Shown: positions 1-10,761, counted from the first letter of the stretch. The stretch is 64,000 bases of DNA from an uncultured Verrucomicrobiae bacterium (GCA_963764165.1 CAVXRD010000001.1:1376001-1440000), one strand, 5' to 3'. Translations and numbers: made by a program. The notes: generated by a model not told the origin, from the letters alone.

Positions 1-960
1 TCGTTCGACGCCGTCTGGAAGGACGCCTCGGCATCCGACGCGGCATTCGTGGACATGCTTGGCGGCATCAGTTTCATGAACGACGCCGACTTGCGGGCCA
101 AGCCGGTTGACCAGGTTTTGCCGTTGCTGCAAACGCCTTCGCGACCCGGCGGCGGCTCCTCGCCGGACGCGCAAAAGGAAATCCTCCGCGCGGCCATTCG
201 CGCGGTCTCAGGGATGAACAAAAAGCCTGAAGCCATTTTTGCCGGTCTGGCGGGATTGATCGGACGCGGCGCGGAAGTTCCCGCCGCTGCGCAGGCAATT
301 CGCGTGCTGCCTCCCACCGTTTGGCCGAAGTCAAAGGACGCCACAAGCACTGCGGCGCTCGGCCTGATTGCGTGGGCCAAAACGATCCCGGTCGCGGATC
401 GGACGAGTCAAGACTACGTTGAAACAGTGCAATTGGCGGGTGATCTCGCCGCCTCGCTGGCCGCGCCTCCTTCGGAAACATTTCAAGCGGACCTCCACGC
501 GTTGCGCGTCCCGGTGTTTGTCATCCGCACCGTCCGCGAGCAAATGCGTTACGACACGCCCCGCCTTGTCGTCCAGGCAGGCGAGCCGTTTGAGATTCGG
601 TTCGAAAACATCGATTTCATGCCGCACAACTTGCTGGTGGTTCGCCCGGGGACTCGTGAAACCATCGGCCTTGCCTCCAGCTTAATGAAGCCCGACCAAT
701 TGGACAGCGAAGGCCGCGCCTTTGTCCCCAACAATCCGGACATCCTTGCCGCCACGAAATTGGTCGAGCCGCGCCAAAAGACCGTCCTTAAAATGTCCGC
801 GCCAGAACAGGCGGGAGACTACGAATACTTCTGCAGCTATCCCGGTCACTACCTGATTATGTGGGGCCAGCTCATCGTGACCAAGGACGTGGATGCATAT
901 CTAAAGTCCCACCCGCAGCCCGTGGTCACCGGTCCCGCGAGCAAGAAAGATTTTGAGTAG
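1..960 (+). CDS. 5'-truncated large protein with C-terminal azurin/auracyanin-like blue-copper (cupredoxin) domain
   Basis: Frame is open from base 1. The C-terminus has MPHN and YEYFCSYPGHYLIM (His...Cys-x4-His-x3-Met type-1 copper ligands), preceded by helical repeat-like sequence. Confidence 0.8.
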   Translation, partial: SFDAVWKDASASDAAFVDMLGGISFMNDADLRAKPVDQVLPLLQTPSRPGGGSSPDAQKEILRAAIRAVSGMNKKPEAIFAGLAGLIGRGAEVPAAAQAIRVLPPTVWPKSKDATSTAALGLIAWAKTIPVADRTSQDYVETVQLAGDLAASLAAPPSETFQADLHALRVPVFVIRTVREQMRYDTPRLVVQAGEPFEIRFENIDFMPHNLLVVRPGTRETIGLASSLMKPDQLDSEGRAFVPNNPDILAATKLVEPRQKTVLKMSAPEQAGDYEYFCSYPGHYLIMWGQLIVTKDVDAYLKSHPQPVVTGPASKKDFE

Positions 961-1113
961 AGCAGACGCAGCCGATACAAAGCACAGATTTGTTTTTGAC
1001 GCCCCGGCTCGGCAGGAGGCCCCAGCCAGCGAATTGGGGAGAAGTTCCGACGAACAAATTTCGGCGCAAACCAGAAGGTTCACAAAACTGGCTTTGGGCC
1101 CTCGCCGACCGCA

Positions 1114-1812
1114 TTAGCCGCGAGGAACAAAGATGAAATTCTCCGGTGAGGGCTCGGCTTTGACAAAATCGGACAGCCGTTTCAGGTCATATTTTAAATT
1201 CGAAAAGTAATCCGCCACCACGTCCCTGTTTGCATCACGGACTTCGGTCAGCACAACCGGCCGATGCTTTGCGATCAATTTTGAAGCCCCGCGCAAGACC
1301 TCCAATTCATGCCCCTCCACGTCGATTTTGATGAAGGACACTGTTTCGTTGATCCATGCATCGAGACACTCAAGCTTGACGGTTTTTTCGGTGTAACGCT
1401 CTGCGGCAGGCAGATTATTCGCCTCCAGGCTGGCCCAGCCATCGTAGACTCCGCCGCCGACCCAGGGTAATTTCAGTGTGGCCTCTCCGGGCTGGGAAGA
1501 AATCGCTTTTTCAATGAGCTGGACATGCGGCGGCCTCCACGACTTCAGATCGTGCGTGACGCCATCATTGGGCTCGAATGCCAGCACGCGCGGGAACAAG
1601 CCAGCGAGCCTGTAGGTATAATATCCAACATTCGCGCCGACATCCAAGGCAACTTCCCGGCGGCCAACCAACGAATCGAGATGCTGCAATTCCCCTTCCA
1701 TCGTCCCGGTGAGTTGCATGGCCCGGTAGCGGAACCCGAGACGCTGGCCCGCGGGAAGGAACGGCGTCATCCGCCGGGCCAAGCCTGCTGTGTATCGCCA
1801 GATTGGTTTCAT
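1114..1812 (-). CDS. FkbM family SAM-dependent methyltransferase
   Basis: LDVGANVGYY, AFEPN and IKIDVEGHELEVLRGA motifs. Confidence 0.9.
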   Translation of the reverse strand: MKPIWRYTAGLARRMTPFLPAGQRLGFRYRAMQLTGTMEGELQHLDSLVGRREVALDVGANVGYYTYRLAGLFPRVLAFEPNDGVTHDLKSWRPPHVQLIEKAISSQPGEATLKLPWVGGGVYDGWASLEANNLPAAERYTEKTVKLECLDAWINETVSFIKIDVEGHELEVLRGASKLIAKHRPVVLTEVRDANRDVVADYFSNLKYDLKRLSDFVKAEPSPENFIFVPRG

Positions 1813-1877
1813 TTTCCAGAGATGCCTTATAACAAAGCCAGCGGGGTAATCCTAGTTAATCTGGTTGGTTGAGAGTG

Positions 1878-1948
1878 GGGCCATCCCATTATTCCCGTGC
1901 TTCCCATCAGTCCCATTTTCATGGGAGCATGGGAATAATGGGATGCCC
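1878..1948. repeat. Imperfect inverted repeat built from ~9-bp CCCAT-periodic units
   Basis: atcccattattcccgtgcttcccat ... atgggagcatgggaataatgggat. Confidence 0.7.
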
Positions 1949-2052
1949 GCTTGCGGTGGGCGCCACGCCGCCCTCGATTTCGTTCAAAATTATCCGCCGC
2001 TTTATCTTTTTGACGGTATAGTCCAGTTCCCGTAGGTTCAACGGTCTGATAT

Positions 2053-5000
2053 ATGTTTAATTGGTTCATCAGGAAGATTGTCGGTTCGCAAAACGAACGG
2101 CAGGTGAAAAAGATGCGGCCCCTGGTTGCGCAAATCAACCAACTGGAGGCCGGCCTGCAATCGTTGTCCGACGATGACCTGCGCAAGAAAACGGCCGACT
2201 GGAAGGCCGAGCTTTCGCAAATCGAGGACGACGCTGCCTTGGCGGCGCGGCTGAACGAAATTCTTCCCGAGGCTTATGCGGTCGTCAAAAACGGCTGCCG
2301 CCGCCTCGTCGGGCAGGAAATCATCGTCCGCGAGCATCCGTTGAAATGGGAGATGGTTCCCTTTGATGTCCAATTGATCGGCGGCACTGCCTTGCACCAG
2401 GGAAAGATCGCGGAAATGGCCACCGGCGAGGGCAAGACGCTTGTTGCCACCATGCCTGTCTATCTCAATGCTCTCACCGGACGCGGCGTTCATGTTGTTA
2501 CCGTGAATGATTATTTGGCCGCCCGCGACAGTGAGTGGATGGGCGCGGTTTATCGATTTTTGGGTTTGACGGTTGGCTGCATATTGCGCGACCAATCCCC
2601 GGCCGAACGCCGGGCGCAGTATCTTTGCGACATCACTTACGGGACGAATTCTGAATTCGGTTTCGATTATCTGCGCGACAACGGCATGGCCACCCGCAAG
2701 GAGGAGCAAGTCCAGCGCGGACATTATTTCGCAATCGTCGACGAAGTGGACTCCATCCTGATCGACGAAGCGCGCACGCCGCTGATCATCAGCGGGCCTT
2801 CCGTCATCGCGGTGGACAATCAGTACGATCGTTTCAAGCCGATGGTCGAGTCCCTGGAAAAAACGCAGGAAAAACTTTGCGAGCGCTTCCTTTCCGAGGC
2901 AGAGGCATTGATCAAAAAGCTGCATCCCGAAGACGGCTCCAATCCCGAAAACCCCGACGCGATCGGGCAAGAAATCGGCATTCTTCTTTACCGGGTGAAA
3001 ATCGGCGCCCCGCGCCTGGCGGGCCTGGCCAAGCTGCTCGAGGTTCCGGAAAACATCCGCTTCATGAACAAGGCGGAATTGGAAATGCATGCCGACCAGA
3101 GCAAAAAAGCCCTTTACGCGGAGAAGGAGGAACTGTTCTTCGCGATGGACGAAAAAACGCACGAAGCCGACCTCACCGAAAAAGGCCGGACCTTCATGCG
3201 CCCTGATGATCCGGATGCATTCATGCTGCCGGATACGATGACGAAGTTTCACGAGATCGACAACGGGCCGGAAACGGACATTCGCAAGCGCACCGAGGCG
3301 AAGGCGGCGGTTCAGGCGGAATACGAGAACAAAGCGGCTCAAATCCACACCATTTCCCAATTGCTCAAGGCTTACAGCCTGTATCAGCGCGATGTTCATT
3401 ACGTCATTGAAAATGGCAAAGTCGTCATCGTTGACGAGCACACCGGCCGCCCTATGTATGGCCGCCGTTGGAGCGACGGATTGCATCAGGCGGTCGAGGC
3501 GAAGGAAGGCGTGGAAATCGAGCGCGAAACGCAGACACTCGCGACCATCACGATTCAGAACTATTTTCGACTTTACAAAAAACTGGCCGGCATGACCGGC
3601 ACCGCCGAGACGGAGGCGGGCGAATTTCTGGACATTTACAAGCTCGGCGTGATGGTCATCCCGACCAACCGGCCCATCGCGCGCAAGGATGCCAACGATT
3701 CCGTTTACAAAACGAAGCGCGAAAAATTCATCGCCGTCATCAACGAGATTACCAAAATCCACAACGCGGGCCGGCCCGTTCTGGTCGGAACCGTGTCGGT
3801 GGAGACGAGCGAGCAAGTTTCGCGGATGCTTAAAAAAGCGGGCATCGTGCATTCGGTGTTGAACGCCAAGTTCCACCAGCAGGAAGCGGAAATCGTCTCC
3901 CGCGCAGGCCAGCGCGGCGCGGTCACCATCGCCACCAACATGGCAGGCCGCGGCACCGACATTAAGCTCGGTGAAGGCGTGGCGGATTTAGGCGGCTTGC
4001 ACGTCATCGGCACCGAGCGCCACGAGTCGCGCCGCATTGACCGCCAGTTGCGCGGACGCTGCGCGCGCCAGGGCGATCCCGGCTCGTCCCACTTTTTCAT
4101 TTCGCTTGAGGACGATTTGATGCGTTTGTTCGGCTCCGATGGGCTTGTCAAAGTGATGGAAAAAGTTGGCCTTGAGGAAGGCCAGGAGCTCGAGCACTTC
4201 ATGCTCAACAAATCCATCGAGCAGGCGCAGAAACGCGTCGAGCAGCAGTATTTCCAACGCCGCAAACGCACGCTCGAATACGACGATGTGATGAACAAGC
4301 ATCGCGAGCAGATTTACGGCTTCCGATATGAGGTGATCAATTCGGATGATGTCCGCGACAAGCTGATGGACGTCATGGAAGAAGTCGTGACCGAGAAAGT
4401 TCAGTCGCTCTTCAGCGACAGCAACGAGCCAACCGAGTGGAACGGCCGCCCGCTGGCGGAATGGGTGGCGTTGAATTTCCCCATTCGCATTCCCGAGGAG
4501 GAAGTCATCAAGGCGGCGAAGTCCAGCGAGGAACTGCCGGTGCCCGGGTCGGCTTTTGAAGGATTGACGGCGGCGCAATACGGCGTTTGCTCGTTCATTT
4601 GCAAAGCCGTGCGCGATGCCTACGAACTCAAGGTGAGCCTCGAGCAGCCCGACGCGCTCAAGACCATCGAGCGCTACATCATTCTCAAAGCTGTCGACAC
4701 GCTCTGGCAGGAGCATCTTTACGGAATGGATTCGCTGCGCGACAGCATCGGCCTGCGGGCATACGGCCAGCGCGATCCGCTGATCGAATACAAGACCGAG
4801 GCCTTCAAGGTCTTCAAGGAATTGGAAGTCAACATCAAGACGGAGATTTGCCACAACATTTTCCGCAGCGCCTCCAGCATGAGGGCGTTCGAGGGATTTT
4901 TGAGCAAATTGCCGCCGACGACGACGCTCCAATCCGCCTCAGCAAACGAAGGCTTCGGCGGAGCAGAAGCGCCGCCGGCCCCCGACGGAAAGAAGCCCAG

Positions 5001-5130
5001 CGATGTCGTCAAAGAGGCGACGGACGCGATGCAGAAAGCCAAGCCCAAGCGGTCTGGGCCGAAAGTCGGACGCAACGATCCCTGCCCCTGCGGCAGCGGC
5101 AAAAAATACAAGCAGTGCTGCGGAAAGTAA
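2053..5130 (+). CDS. secA: Preprotein translocase ATPase SecA
   Basis: MATGEGKT, VDEVDSILIDEARTPLIISG, ATNMAGRGTDI, RRIDRQLRGR and C-terminal SEC-C motif GRNDPCPCGSGKKYKQCC. Confidence 0.99.
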   Translation: MFNWFIRKIVGSQNERQVKKMRPLVAQINQLEAGLQSLSDDDLRKKTADWKAELSQIEDDAALAARLNEILPEAYAVVKNGCRRLVGQEIIVREHPLKWEMVPFDVQLIGGTALHQGKIAEMATGEGKTLVATMPVYLNALTGRGVHVVTVNDYLAARDSEWMGAVYRFLGLTVGCILRDQSPAERRAQYLCDITYGTNSEFGFDYLRDNGMATRKEEQVQRGHYFAIVDEVDSILIDEARTPLIISGPSVIAVDNQYDRFKPMVESLEKTQEKLCERFLSEAEALIKKLHPEDGSNPENPDAIGQEIGILLYRVKIGAPRLAGLAKLLEVPENIRFMNKAELEMHADQSKKALYAEKEELFFAMDEKTHEADLTEKGRTFMRPDDPDAFMLPDTMTKFHEIDNGPETDIRKRTEAKAAVQAEYENKAAQIHTISQLLKAYSLYQRDVHYVIENGKVVIVDEHTGRPMYGRRWSDGLHQAVEAKEGVEIERETQTLATITIQNYFRLYKKLAGMTGTAETEAGEFLDIYKLGVMVIPTNRPIARKDANDSVYKTKREKFIAVINEITKIHNAGRPVLVGTVSVETSEQVSRMLKKAGIVHSVLNAKFHQQEAEIVSRAGQRGAVTIATNMAGRGTDIKLGEGVADLGGLHVIGTERHESRRIDRQLRGRCARQGDPGSSHFFISLEDDLMRLFGSDGLVKVMEKVGLEEGQELEHFMLNKSIEQAQKRVEQQYFQRRKRTLEYDDVMNKHREQIYGFRYEVINSDDVRDKLMDVMEEVVTEKVQSLFSDSNEPTEWNGRPLAEWVALNFPIRIPEEEVIKAAKSSEELPVPGSAFEGLTAAQYGVCSFICKAVRDAYELKVSLEQPDALKTIERYIILKAVDTLWQEHLYGMDSLRDSIGLRAYGQRDPLIEYKTEAFKVFKELEVNIKTEICHNIFRSASSMRAFEGFLSKLPPTTTLQSASANEGFGGAEAPPAPDGKKPSDVVKEATDAMQKAKPKRSGPKVGRNDPCPCGSGKKYKQCCGK

Positions 5131-5156
5131 TCTAACGGGCGCGCAAATCAGGAATA

Positions 5157-5320
5157 GGCAGGGACGCCTTGCCGAGGCGTCCGAGGCCGTGGCGGTTGCG
5201 AGCGTAACCTTCCTTCCAAAGGCTCCCGACGAAAAGTCCTTTGGCCTGCCCCGATCTCTGCGCGAATTATGCGCCCACAAACCGCCACGTCCCCGGACGC
5301 CTCGGCGAGGCGTCCCTACC
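5157..5320. repeat. REP doublet (REPIN-like), GTAG/GCAG-footed family A
   Basis: ggcagggacgccttgccgaggcgtcc ... ggacgcctcggcgaggcgtccctacc in inverted orientation. The spacer is homologous to that of 6855-7019. Confidence 0.85.
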
Positions 5321-6839
5321 TAATTCGGAACCAGGCGGTTTTCAAGTAGGCTGGCTCATTGCGGTCGATGGGAAAATCCGGCGGCTGCGGCACGTAATGG
5401 GATTTTTCAACCGTGCGCCGCTCGTGCCGGATGGCCTCGGTAATCGCCGAGGCGAAGTGTTCCGGCGGAAAGTTCGCCGCGTTGGTGGAAGCCAGCAGCG
5501 TCCCGCCGGGTTTCAGCAACGGAAGCGCCGCCGCCGTCAACGCGCCAAAATCCCGCCCCGCCTGGAACACACCACTCTCCTTCGAGCGCGAAAAAGTCGG
5601 CGGGTCGAGAATGATGATGTCAAATGAACGCTGCTTCTTCGCAAGGCGGCGAAACCACGTCAGCGCGTCGCCATAAATAAAATCATGACGCGCAGGATCC
5701 AGCCCGTTCAGGACAAAATTTTCCCGGCCCCATTCGAGATATTTTTTTGACAGGTCAAGGCTGGTCACGCGTCCTCCTCCCGCAGCGGCGCAGACGGAAA
5801 ATCCGCAGGTGTAGGCGAAGACGTTGAGGACTTCAGGAGCGGGGGGCAGCTCAAATTTCGGCGCGACATAACGGGTTTTGAGACGGCGCCTATTCTCCCT
5901 TTGATCAAGGAACAATCCAATCGAGCCGCCTTCATCCAGGCGCAGCAGAAAACGCAAACTGTTCTCGCAAACCGGCAACTCATTGGCGGCGGGCGCGCCG
6001 GAAATCCATTCGGGCTGGCTGCGCCCCTGTCGATTGTTGCGCTGATGGTAAATGGTTCTGGGATTCAACCGCTCAACGCGGGCCAGTTGCGCCGGCGTCA
6101 GGGGATTCTCGGATTGCGCCAAAACATCCTCGCCTAATTTGTCCACATACAAGCCGCGGCAATCGTCGGCTGCGCCATGCAGAATTCTGAAGGCGTCGGT
6201 CTCCGCCGGATTGATGATCGCCTCGCGCAATGCAACCGCAGGGTCCGCCCCAAAATTTGGAGGCGCGGAAAAATCGAGGCGCTCGTTTGTCACCGGATGA
6301 CTGAGATGCAATTCCGCCGAGTGCAGATGCAGGCGCGCGGCTCGCGTGCCACCGTAAAGCTCGTCGCCCAGAATCGGGAAGCCGTGTTCGGCGGCGTGGA
6401 CGCGGATTTGATGCGTCCGGCCTGTCAACGGAACGGCCTCAATGAACTCGCCCGCGCGCGAAAACAACGTTTCCGCCAGCACCGCGCCCGCGTGCGGAGG
6501 GCGGCTCAAGTATTTTCCGCCGGAGCGAACCAAAGCCGAATGCGCCCGCAATTTCTGGAAATCCACCTTGCGGTCCGATTGCAAAATATATTTCTTCTCG
6601 ACAGATCGGCTCTCGAATTGCTGCGTCAATGAGCGGTTGGCGGCGGTTGTCTTGCCGAAGACAATCAGGCCGGAAGTTTCTTTGTCAAGACGGTGGATGA
6701 TGGAGAGATCGCTCCAGCGCGGCTCGCGATTCCTTAGCCATTCGTAGAGGCCTTCGCCGGCAAAGGGAGCGGGCGAATGCGTGTTCCACCCCGCCGGCTT
6801 GTTTGCCACCAAAAGGTGCTCATCCTCGAAGACAATCAA
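5316..6839 (-). CDS. Fusion of RluA-family pseudouridine synthase and RlmI/RlmK-like class I SAM methyltransferase
   Basis: N-terminal [31 protein letters not shown]-terminal [30 protein letters not shown]. Confidence 0.88.
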   Translation of the reverse strand: MIVFEDEHLLVANKPAGWNTHSPAPFAGEGLYEWLRNREPRWSDLSIIHRLDKETSGLIVFGKTTAANRSLTQQFESRSVEKKYILQSDRKVDFQKLRAHSALVRSGGKYLSRPPHAGAVLAETLFSRAGEFIEAVPLTGRTHQIRVHAAEHGFPILGDELYGGTRAARLHLHSAELHLSHPVTNERLDFSAPPNFGADPAVALREAIINPAETDAFRILHGAADDCRGLYVDKLGEDVLAQSENPLTPAQLARVERLNPRTIYHQRNNRQGRSQPEWISGAPAANELPVCENSLRFLLRLDEGGSIGLFLDQRENRRRLKTRYVAPKFELPPAPEVLNVFAYTCGFSVCAAAGGGRVTSLDLSKKYLEWGRENFVLNGLDPARHDFIYGDALTWFRRLAKKQRSFDIIILDPPTFSRSKESGVFQAGRDFGALTAAALPLLKPGGTLLASTNAANFPPEHFASAITEAIRHERRTVEKSHYVPQPPDFPIDRNEPAYLKTAWFRIR

Positions 6840-6854
6840 ACCCGCACCTTAAAA

Positions 6855-7019
6855 GGTAGGGACGCCTCGCCGAGGCGTCCGATGCCGTGGCAGTTCACAA
6901 GCGTGATCTTCTTTTCAAGGGCTTCGCCCGAAGAGCCTTTTGGCCTGCTCGGATCTCTGCGCGAGTCATGCGCTGGCAAACCGCCATCTCCCCGGACGCC
7001 TCGGCGAGGCCTCCCTGCC
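6855..7019. repeat. REP doublet (REPIN-like), family A
   Basis: ggtagggacgcctcgccgaggcgtcc ... ggacgcctcggcgaggcctccctgcc. Confidence 0.85.
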
Positions 7020-7046
7020 TTTTGTCCAACGTTTTTCAACGCTCTC

Positions 7047-7724
7047 CTAATTATTGGTGACGGACGCCCACGGCACGCCGCGCTGATCGTAAGAGAAAGT
7101 CATTTCGTTGCTGTTGAACTTGCGATAACCGGAAACGTGCCCTTCGCCGAAAAGAATATTCAACCAGCCGTTGTGCGCGGGCGCCGGCAAATTGCCCGGC
7201 GTGAACAGCGTGTCTTGCGAGTAATTGTCCGGATCCGCGTCAGTGACATCGAAGGCGTAATTGCAATCGCCGGATAGAATGTAGAGCGAGGGCAGCATCA
7301 TGCTCTTGTAAGAGACGCTCGCCTCACTCGAATTCGCATTGATGTAAGGGGCGCGCGAGCCCATGAAATAATTGTAGGCTGACTTGGCGTAAAATTGCGA
7401 CATTGAGGGGCAGCGCAGGAGATTCGTGTTGTTGTAATACGCGGCAATCGGCTGCGACCACGGCGGGATTGTGGGGGCGTTCCACGCAACACTGCCATGC
7501 GCCATCGGCAAAAGCGCGTTGTTGTCATCGGCGTACATTTGCATGGCGAGGCCGAGCTGCTTGGCGTTGTCGACGCACTTGACCCGGATGGCGTCTTCCT
7601 TGGCGCGGGCCAGCGCCGGCAAAAGCATTCCGGCCAGAATTGCGATGATGGCAATCACCACCAGCAATTCAATCAATGTAAATCCTTCGACGGACTCCGA
7701 GCGGCAAGCGTTTTTCGGTTTCAC
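7047..7724 (-). CDS. Prepilin-type N-terminal cleavage/methylation domain protein (DUF1559/H-X9-DG type)
   Basis: [30 protein letters not shown] and C-terminal [13 protein letters not shown]. Start set at GTG 7724 because the longer ORF runs through a REP. Confidence 0.88.
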   Translation of the reverse strand: MKPKNACRSESVEGFTLIELLVVIAIIAILAGMLLPALARAKEDAIRVKCVDNAKQLGLAMQMYADDNNALLPMAHGSVAWNAPTIPPWSQPIAAYYNNTNLLRCPSMSQFYAKSAYNYFMGSRAPYINANSSEASVSYKSMMLPSLYILSGDCNYAFDVTDADPDNYSQDTLFTPGNLPAPAHNGWLNILFGEGHVSGYRKFNSNEMTFSYDQRGVPWASVTNN

Positions 7725-7794
7725 GTTAACAGTTCCGCTTTGATTGACTTCCGAAAGCGCTGGAAAATTCAATAAATTTTTGGCAGCCAAGCAA

Positions 7795-7896
7795 GGCAGG
7801 GACGCCTCGCCGAGGCGTCCGGGGCGAGCCGCTCTACGTTCGGAAGCCGTGGCGTGAACCACACGCAACCGGACGCCTCGGCGAGGCGTCCCTACC
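7795..7896. repeat. REP doublet (REPIN-like), family A
   Basis: ggcagggacgcctcgccgaggcgtcc ... ggacgcctcggcgaggcgtccctacc. Confidence 0.85.
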
Positions 7897-7903
7897 TTCA
7901 CGA

Positions 7904-8773
7904 CTAAAGCGCGCCTGACGAAATCGCCACCAGCAGCGCCGCCCCTATGATCACGCGATACCAGCCGAACCCGTTGAACGTATGCGTCTGCACAAAACTC
8001 AGCAGCCATTTGACCGCCACGAACGAAACGACGGCGGCAATCACCGTTGTCAAGATGACCATTTTCCAATTCTCCGGCGGCGCCGCGGCCACTGCAGGGT
8101 GCAGCGCGTCCGGGGCATGGTGATGCAGCGCTTTGAAAATCTTGTAGCCGCCGGCCGCGACCATCGTGGGAATCCCCGCCAGAAACGAAAACTCCGTCGC
8201 CAGCGGACGCGTCAAGCCGAGCAGCAGGCCGAACATAATCGTTGTGCCGGATCGCGACGCGCCGGGAAAAATGGCCGCGATCAATTGGCCGACGCCAACA
8301 GCAATCGCCACCGTCCACGTCACGCTCGCCAGATCGCCGCGGTCTTCCTGGTCAGCCGGTATGCCCTTGCTTTTCAACCACCCTTCCACCGCAAGGAACA
8401 CAAAACCGCCGAGCAACAGAGCGATGGCAACCGGCCAAAGTTCCTCCGGCAATTTGAGCCCTTTTTTGTCAATAATAAATCCTCCAGCACCTGTTATCAC
8501 GAAGGCCAGCACGATCTTCAGGAAATAATCGCGCACCGCCTTGTCCTTCCAATCAAAAATGAACTGGTGGAAACGCTTGTGGAAAAGCGGAATGACGGCC
8601 AGCACGGCTCCCGTTTGAATCACCACGTTGTAAAGGTCATCCACCCACGGCGGAGTTTTGCCGCCAAACATGAGATGTTCGGTGATGAGCAAATGTCCAG
8701 TGGACGAGATTGGCAAAAACTCGGTGATGCCCTCGACGATTCCGAGGATCGTTGAAATAACTGTGTCTGTCAT
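7904..8773 (-). CDS. uppP: Undecaprenyl-diphosphate phosphatase
   Basis: [18 protein letters not shown] and [10 protein letters not shown] motifs; multiple transmembrane helices. Confidence 0.95.
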   Translation of the reverse strand: MTDTVISTILGIVEGITEFLPISSTGHLLITEHLMFGGKTPPWVDDLYNVVIQTGAVLAVIPLFHKRFHQFIFDWKDKAVRDYFLKIVLAFVITGAGGFIIDKKGLKLPEELWPVAIALLLGGFVFLAVEGWLKSKGIPADQEDRGDLASVTWTVAIAVGVGQLIAAIFPGASRSGTTIMFGLLLGLTRPLATEFSFLAGIPTMVAAGGYKIFKALHHHAPDALHPAVAAAPPENWKMVILTTVIAAVVSFVAVKWLLSFVQTHTFNGFGWYRVIIGAALLVAISSGAL

Positions 8774-8800
8774 TTGAGATTATTTTGCTGGAGTGTTTGA

Positions 8801-9202
8801 TTATTTTCTCTTGGCAAAGATGGAGAAGACTGATGTGTCGTCCAGTTGGCGCTGTTTGACCTTCAGTTGGCCGAGGATCGCTTGAAATCCAACGTAAACG
8901 CGGTGCCACTGATTTTCCAATGCGCGCAAGTTGCCTTCGTTGCTGTCGCAAAGATAACGCAGCGATGGCGCGGAACTGATGAGCGCATGCACGTCCTCGC
9001 GCGAGGGTGAGGAGCACTCCACCGCAGCCGTGATCAATTCCAGCTCCTGGACAATCAGAGATTTCACTTCCAAAAACTGGCTTTCGTCTTCCGCCGAAAA
9101 TTTCTTGTCGCGGGCAACGTTGATGAAGGTGTTAAATTGCTTCCAGCACTCCAGGTAATTTTCGAGCTGGACAACCAGTTGATCGAGTTTTTTGTTTCTC
9201 AT
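8801..9202 (-). CDS. Hypothetical helical protein (133 aa)
   Basis: ATG at 9202 (MRNKKLDQLVVQLENYLECWKQF); co-oriented in an operon-like run. Confidence 0.7.
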   Translation of the reverse strand: MRNKKLDQLVVQLENYLECWKQFNTFINVARDKKFSAEDESQFLEVKSLIVQELELITAAVECSSPSREDVHALISSAPSLRYLCDSNEGNLRALENQWHRVYVGFQAILGQLKVKQRQLDDTSVFSIFAKRK

Positions 9203-9219
9203 GACGCGCGTCTCCGGGC

Positions 9220-9510
9220 CTATGGTGCCACCCATTGGGGGGCCTTCGGCGAGAGAAAAATGATGGCCCCGCCGCGCATGGCGCGCGCCGTGATCCTGAA
9301 GCTGGCATACTGCGCCGTCAATTCGTTGCACGCGACGTTGGCCTTGATCGCGCCATGAAACAGGGCAACCACACTGACGCCGATTTCACGCACCACCCCG
9401 CCCGCAACCCACTGCGGCACGGTGGAGCTGATGACGTTGCCGTCCGAATCCACCGTGAACGCCCCGGTGGGAAGGCGATGCGGTCCCATGCTGGAGGTCC
9501 TCTTGCTCAT
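9220..9510 (-). CDS. Small roadblock/LC7 (MglB)-like protein
   Basis: GAFTVDSDGNVISST followed by a helix and beta strands (ELTAQYASFRITARAMRGGAIIFLS). Start overlaps the upstream stop (ATGA). Confidence 0.55.
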   Translation of the reverse strand: MSKRTSSMGPHRLPTGAFTVDSDGNVISSTVPQWVAGGVVREIGVSVVALFHGAIKANVACNELTAQYASFRITARAMRGGAIIFLSPKAPQWVAP

Positions 9511-10601
9511 GACACCCATTTCGCAAAAATGTGCTTCATCGTCTGCTCGACTTTTTCCTTCGTTTGCGCCCTGCGGAATCCGACGAGCAGCGAGCCTTTC
9601 GCCGCATCGCTGGAAAGCGACCAATGCCGCTGCAATCCCATCGCCGTCACTTGCGCCAACTCGCCGCCGCCTATTTTTTCGCCAAGGTCGCGCAGGCGTT
9701 TGTCGGCGGACCGGACCCATGCGGCCAGATCGTTCGCATTTTCCAATCCCCACGAGAGTGATTCGGCTTTGGCGTCCGGCGGCACTGTCAACAAAAACTC
9801 AACGCCCTCGAAGCGGGCCAGTGGCGCGAGCGCGGAACTCAGCGCGACCGGCGCCCCCGGGCCGGAAGCCAGCGCGTATTCGCCGACGGCTTGCATGTCG
9901 CGCCACTCATCGAGCGCCTGCGCAGAATCGAGCAGCAACCCCTGATAGGAATTGTGAATCGTGCGCGGATGGTCGGGCTCCGGAGGCTTGATCTCGAAGT
10001 TCCCGCTCTTCCACGACATGATTTCCTTGAACGCCTCTTCTCCCGTAAAATTCGCCGACGCAGCGTCAATAAGCTCGCCATTGAGAACCCAGATTCGTCC
10101 TGAAACCGCTCCATGGCTGATGTGGAGCACGGCCGAGCTTTGCGAAAGGCATTCAAGCTGAATGAGATCAACGAGGCTCTTGCTCTGCATGCCGCGAAAT
10201 CCGCCCTCGACCGCGGTTTCGCTTCCCAGCAGCGATTCGAGGCAGTCGCGGAACAACTGAAACTCCTCCGGCGTCCCTGGCTTTTGCCAAAACATATCGA
10301 CGCCCAAGGCATAGGCGCGGGAGCGGTATTCCTCATCAAGCAGTCCAGTCAGCACGATGGTTCTCAAATTCGGGTATTTTCGGCGGACGATGGCAAGCAC
10401 TTGCAAGCCGTCCATTTTTGGCATGCGCAAGTCCGTGACCAGGAGCGTGAACGGCTCGGATTCGAGAAGAGCCACCGCGCGCGCGCCCGTGCTGGAAACA
10501 ATGACTTCCGGCTTGCTGGGCAAGGCGCGGAGCAGTTCCTGATAAATCTCAAGGACCTGCTCGTCGTCATCAAGAAGCAAAATTTTTTGTTGGTCGCCCA
10601 T
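9507..10601 (-). CDS. Response regulator with receiver and DUF4388/PATAN domains and a C-terminal extension
   Basis: LLLDDD...VTDLRMPKMDG...LTG...KP receiver domain; GFRGMQSKSLVDLIQL...GRIWVLNGELIDA...GEEAFKEIMSWKSGNF PATAN-like domain. Confidence 0.88.
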   Translation of the reverse strand: MGDQQKILLLDDDEQVLEIYQELLRALPSKPEVIVSSTGARAVALLESEPFTLLVTDLRMPKMDGLQVLAIVRRKYPNLRTIVLTGLLDEEYRSRAYALGVDMFWQKPGTPEEFQLFRDCLESLLGSETAVEGGFRGMQSKSLVDLIQLECLSQSSAVLHISHGAVSGRIWVLNGELIDAASANFTGEEAFKEIMSWKSGNFEIKPPEPDHPRTIHNSYQGLLLDSAQALDEWRDMQAVGEYALASGPGAPVALSSALAPLARFEGVEFLLTVPPDAKAESLSWGLENANDLAAWVRSADKRLRDLGEKIGGGELAQVTAMGLQRHWSLSSDAAKGSLLVGFRRAQTKEKVEQTMKHIFAKWVS

Positions 10602-10733
10602 GAGGCAGCGAGAGCTTAAAGCCTAGGCATTTGCGATGCAAGCGGAGTCGGTTTTGAAGGCGCGGCCGCAAGAGGGCGGGCCAATTCTGAAAAGGACCAC
10701 ATCCGCCGCATCGCTGCGGCTTAAAAAAACGGA

Positions 10734-10761
10734 GGGTGCAATAGGGTGCAATAGGGTGCAA
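10734..10761. repeat. Short tandem repeat, approximately (gggtgcaata)x3
   Basis: gggtgcaatagggtgcaatagggtgcaa. Confidence 0.75.

Noticed and set aside
2038..3876. 612-aa antisense ORF opposite secA (similar long antisense ORFs at 27895-29139, 39618-41603, 47209-48411, 50794-52395, 55369-56874, 58748-60640)
   Set aside because: Shadow ORFs of GC-rich coding sequence; no recognisable motifs, and the opposite strand carries clear genes.
5157..7896. Clustered palindromic repeats as a possible CRISPR array
   Set aside because: The repeats are inverted pairs separated by whole genes, with no regular spacers and no cas genes; they fit REP/REPIN elements.
7725..8318. N-terminal extension of the 423-aa ORF
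   Set aside because: Runs through a REP doublet and overlaps uppP in another frame; the prepilin motif defines the real start near 7724.
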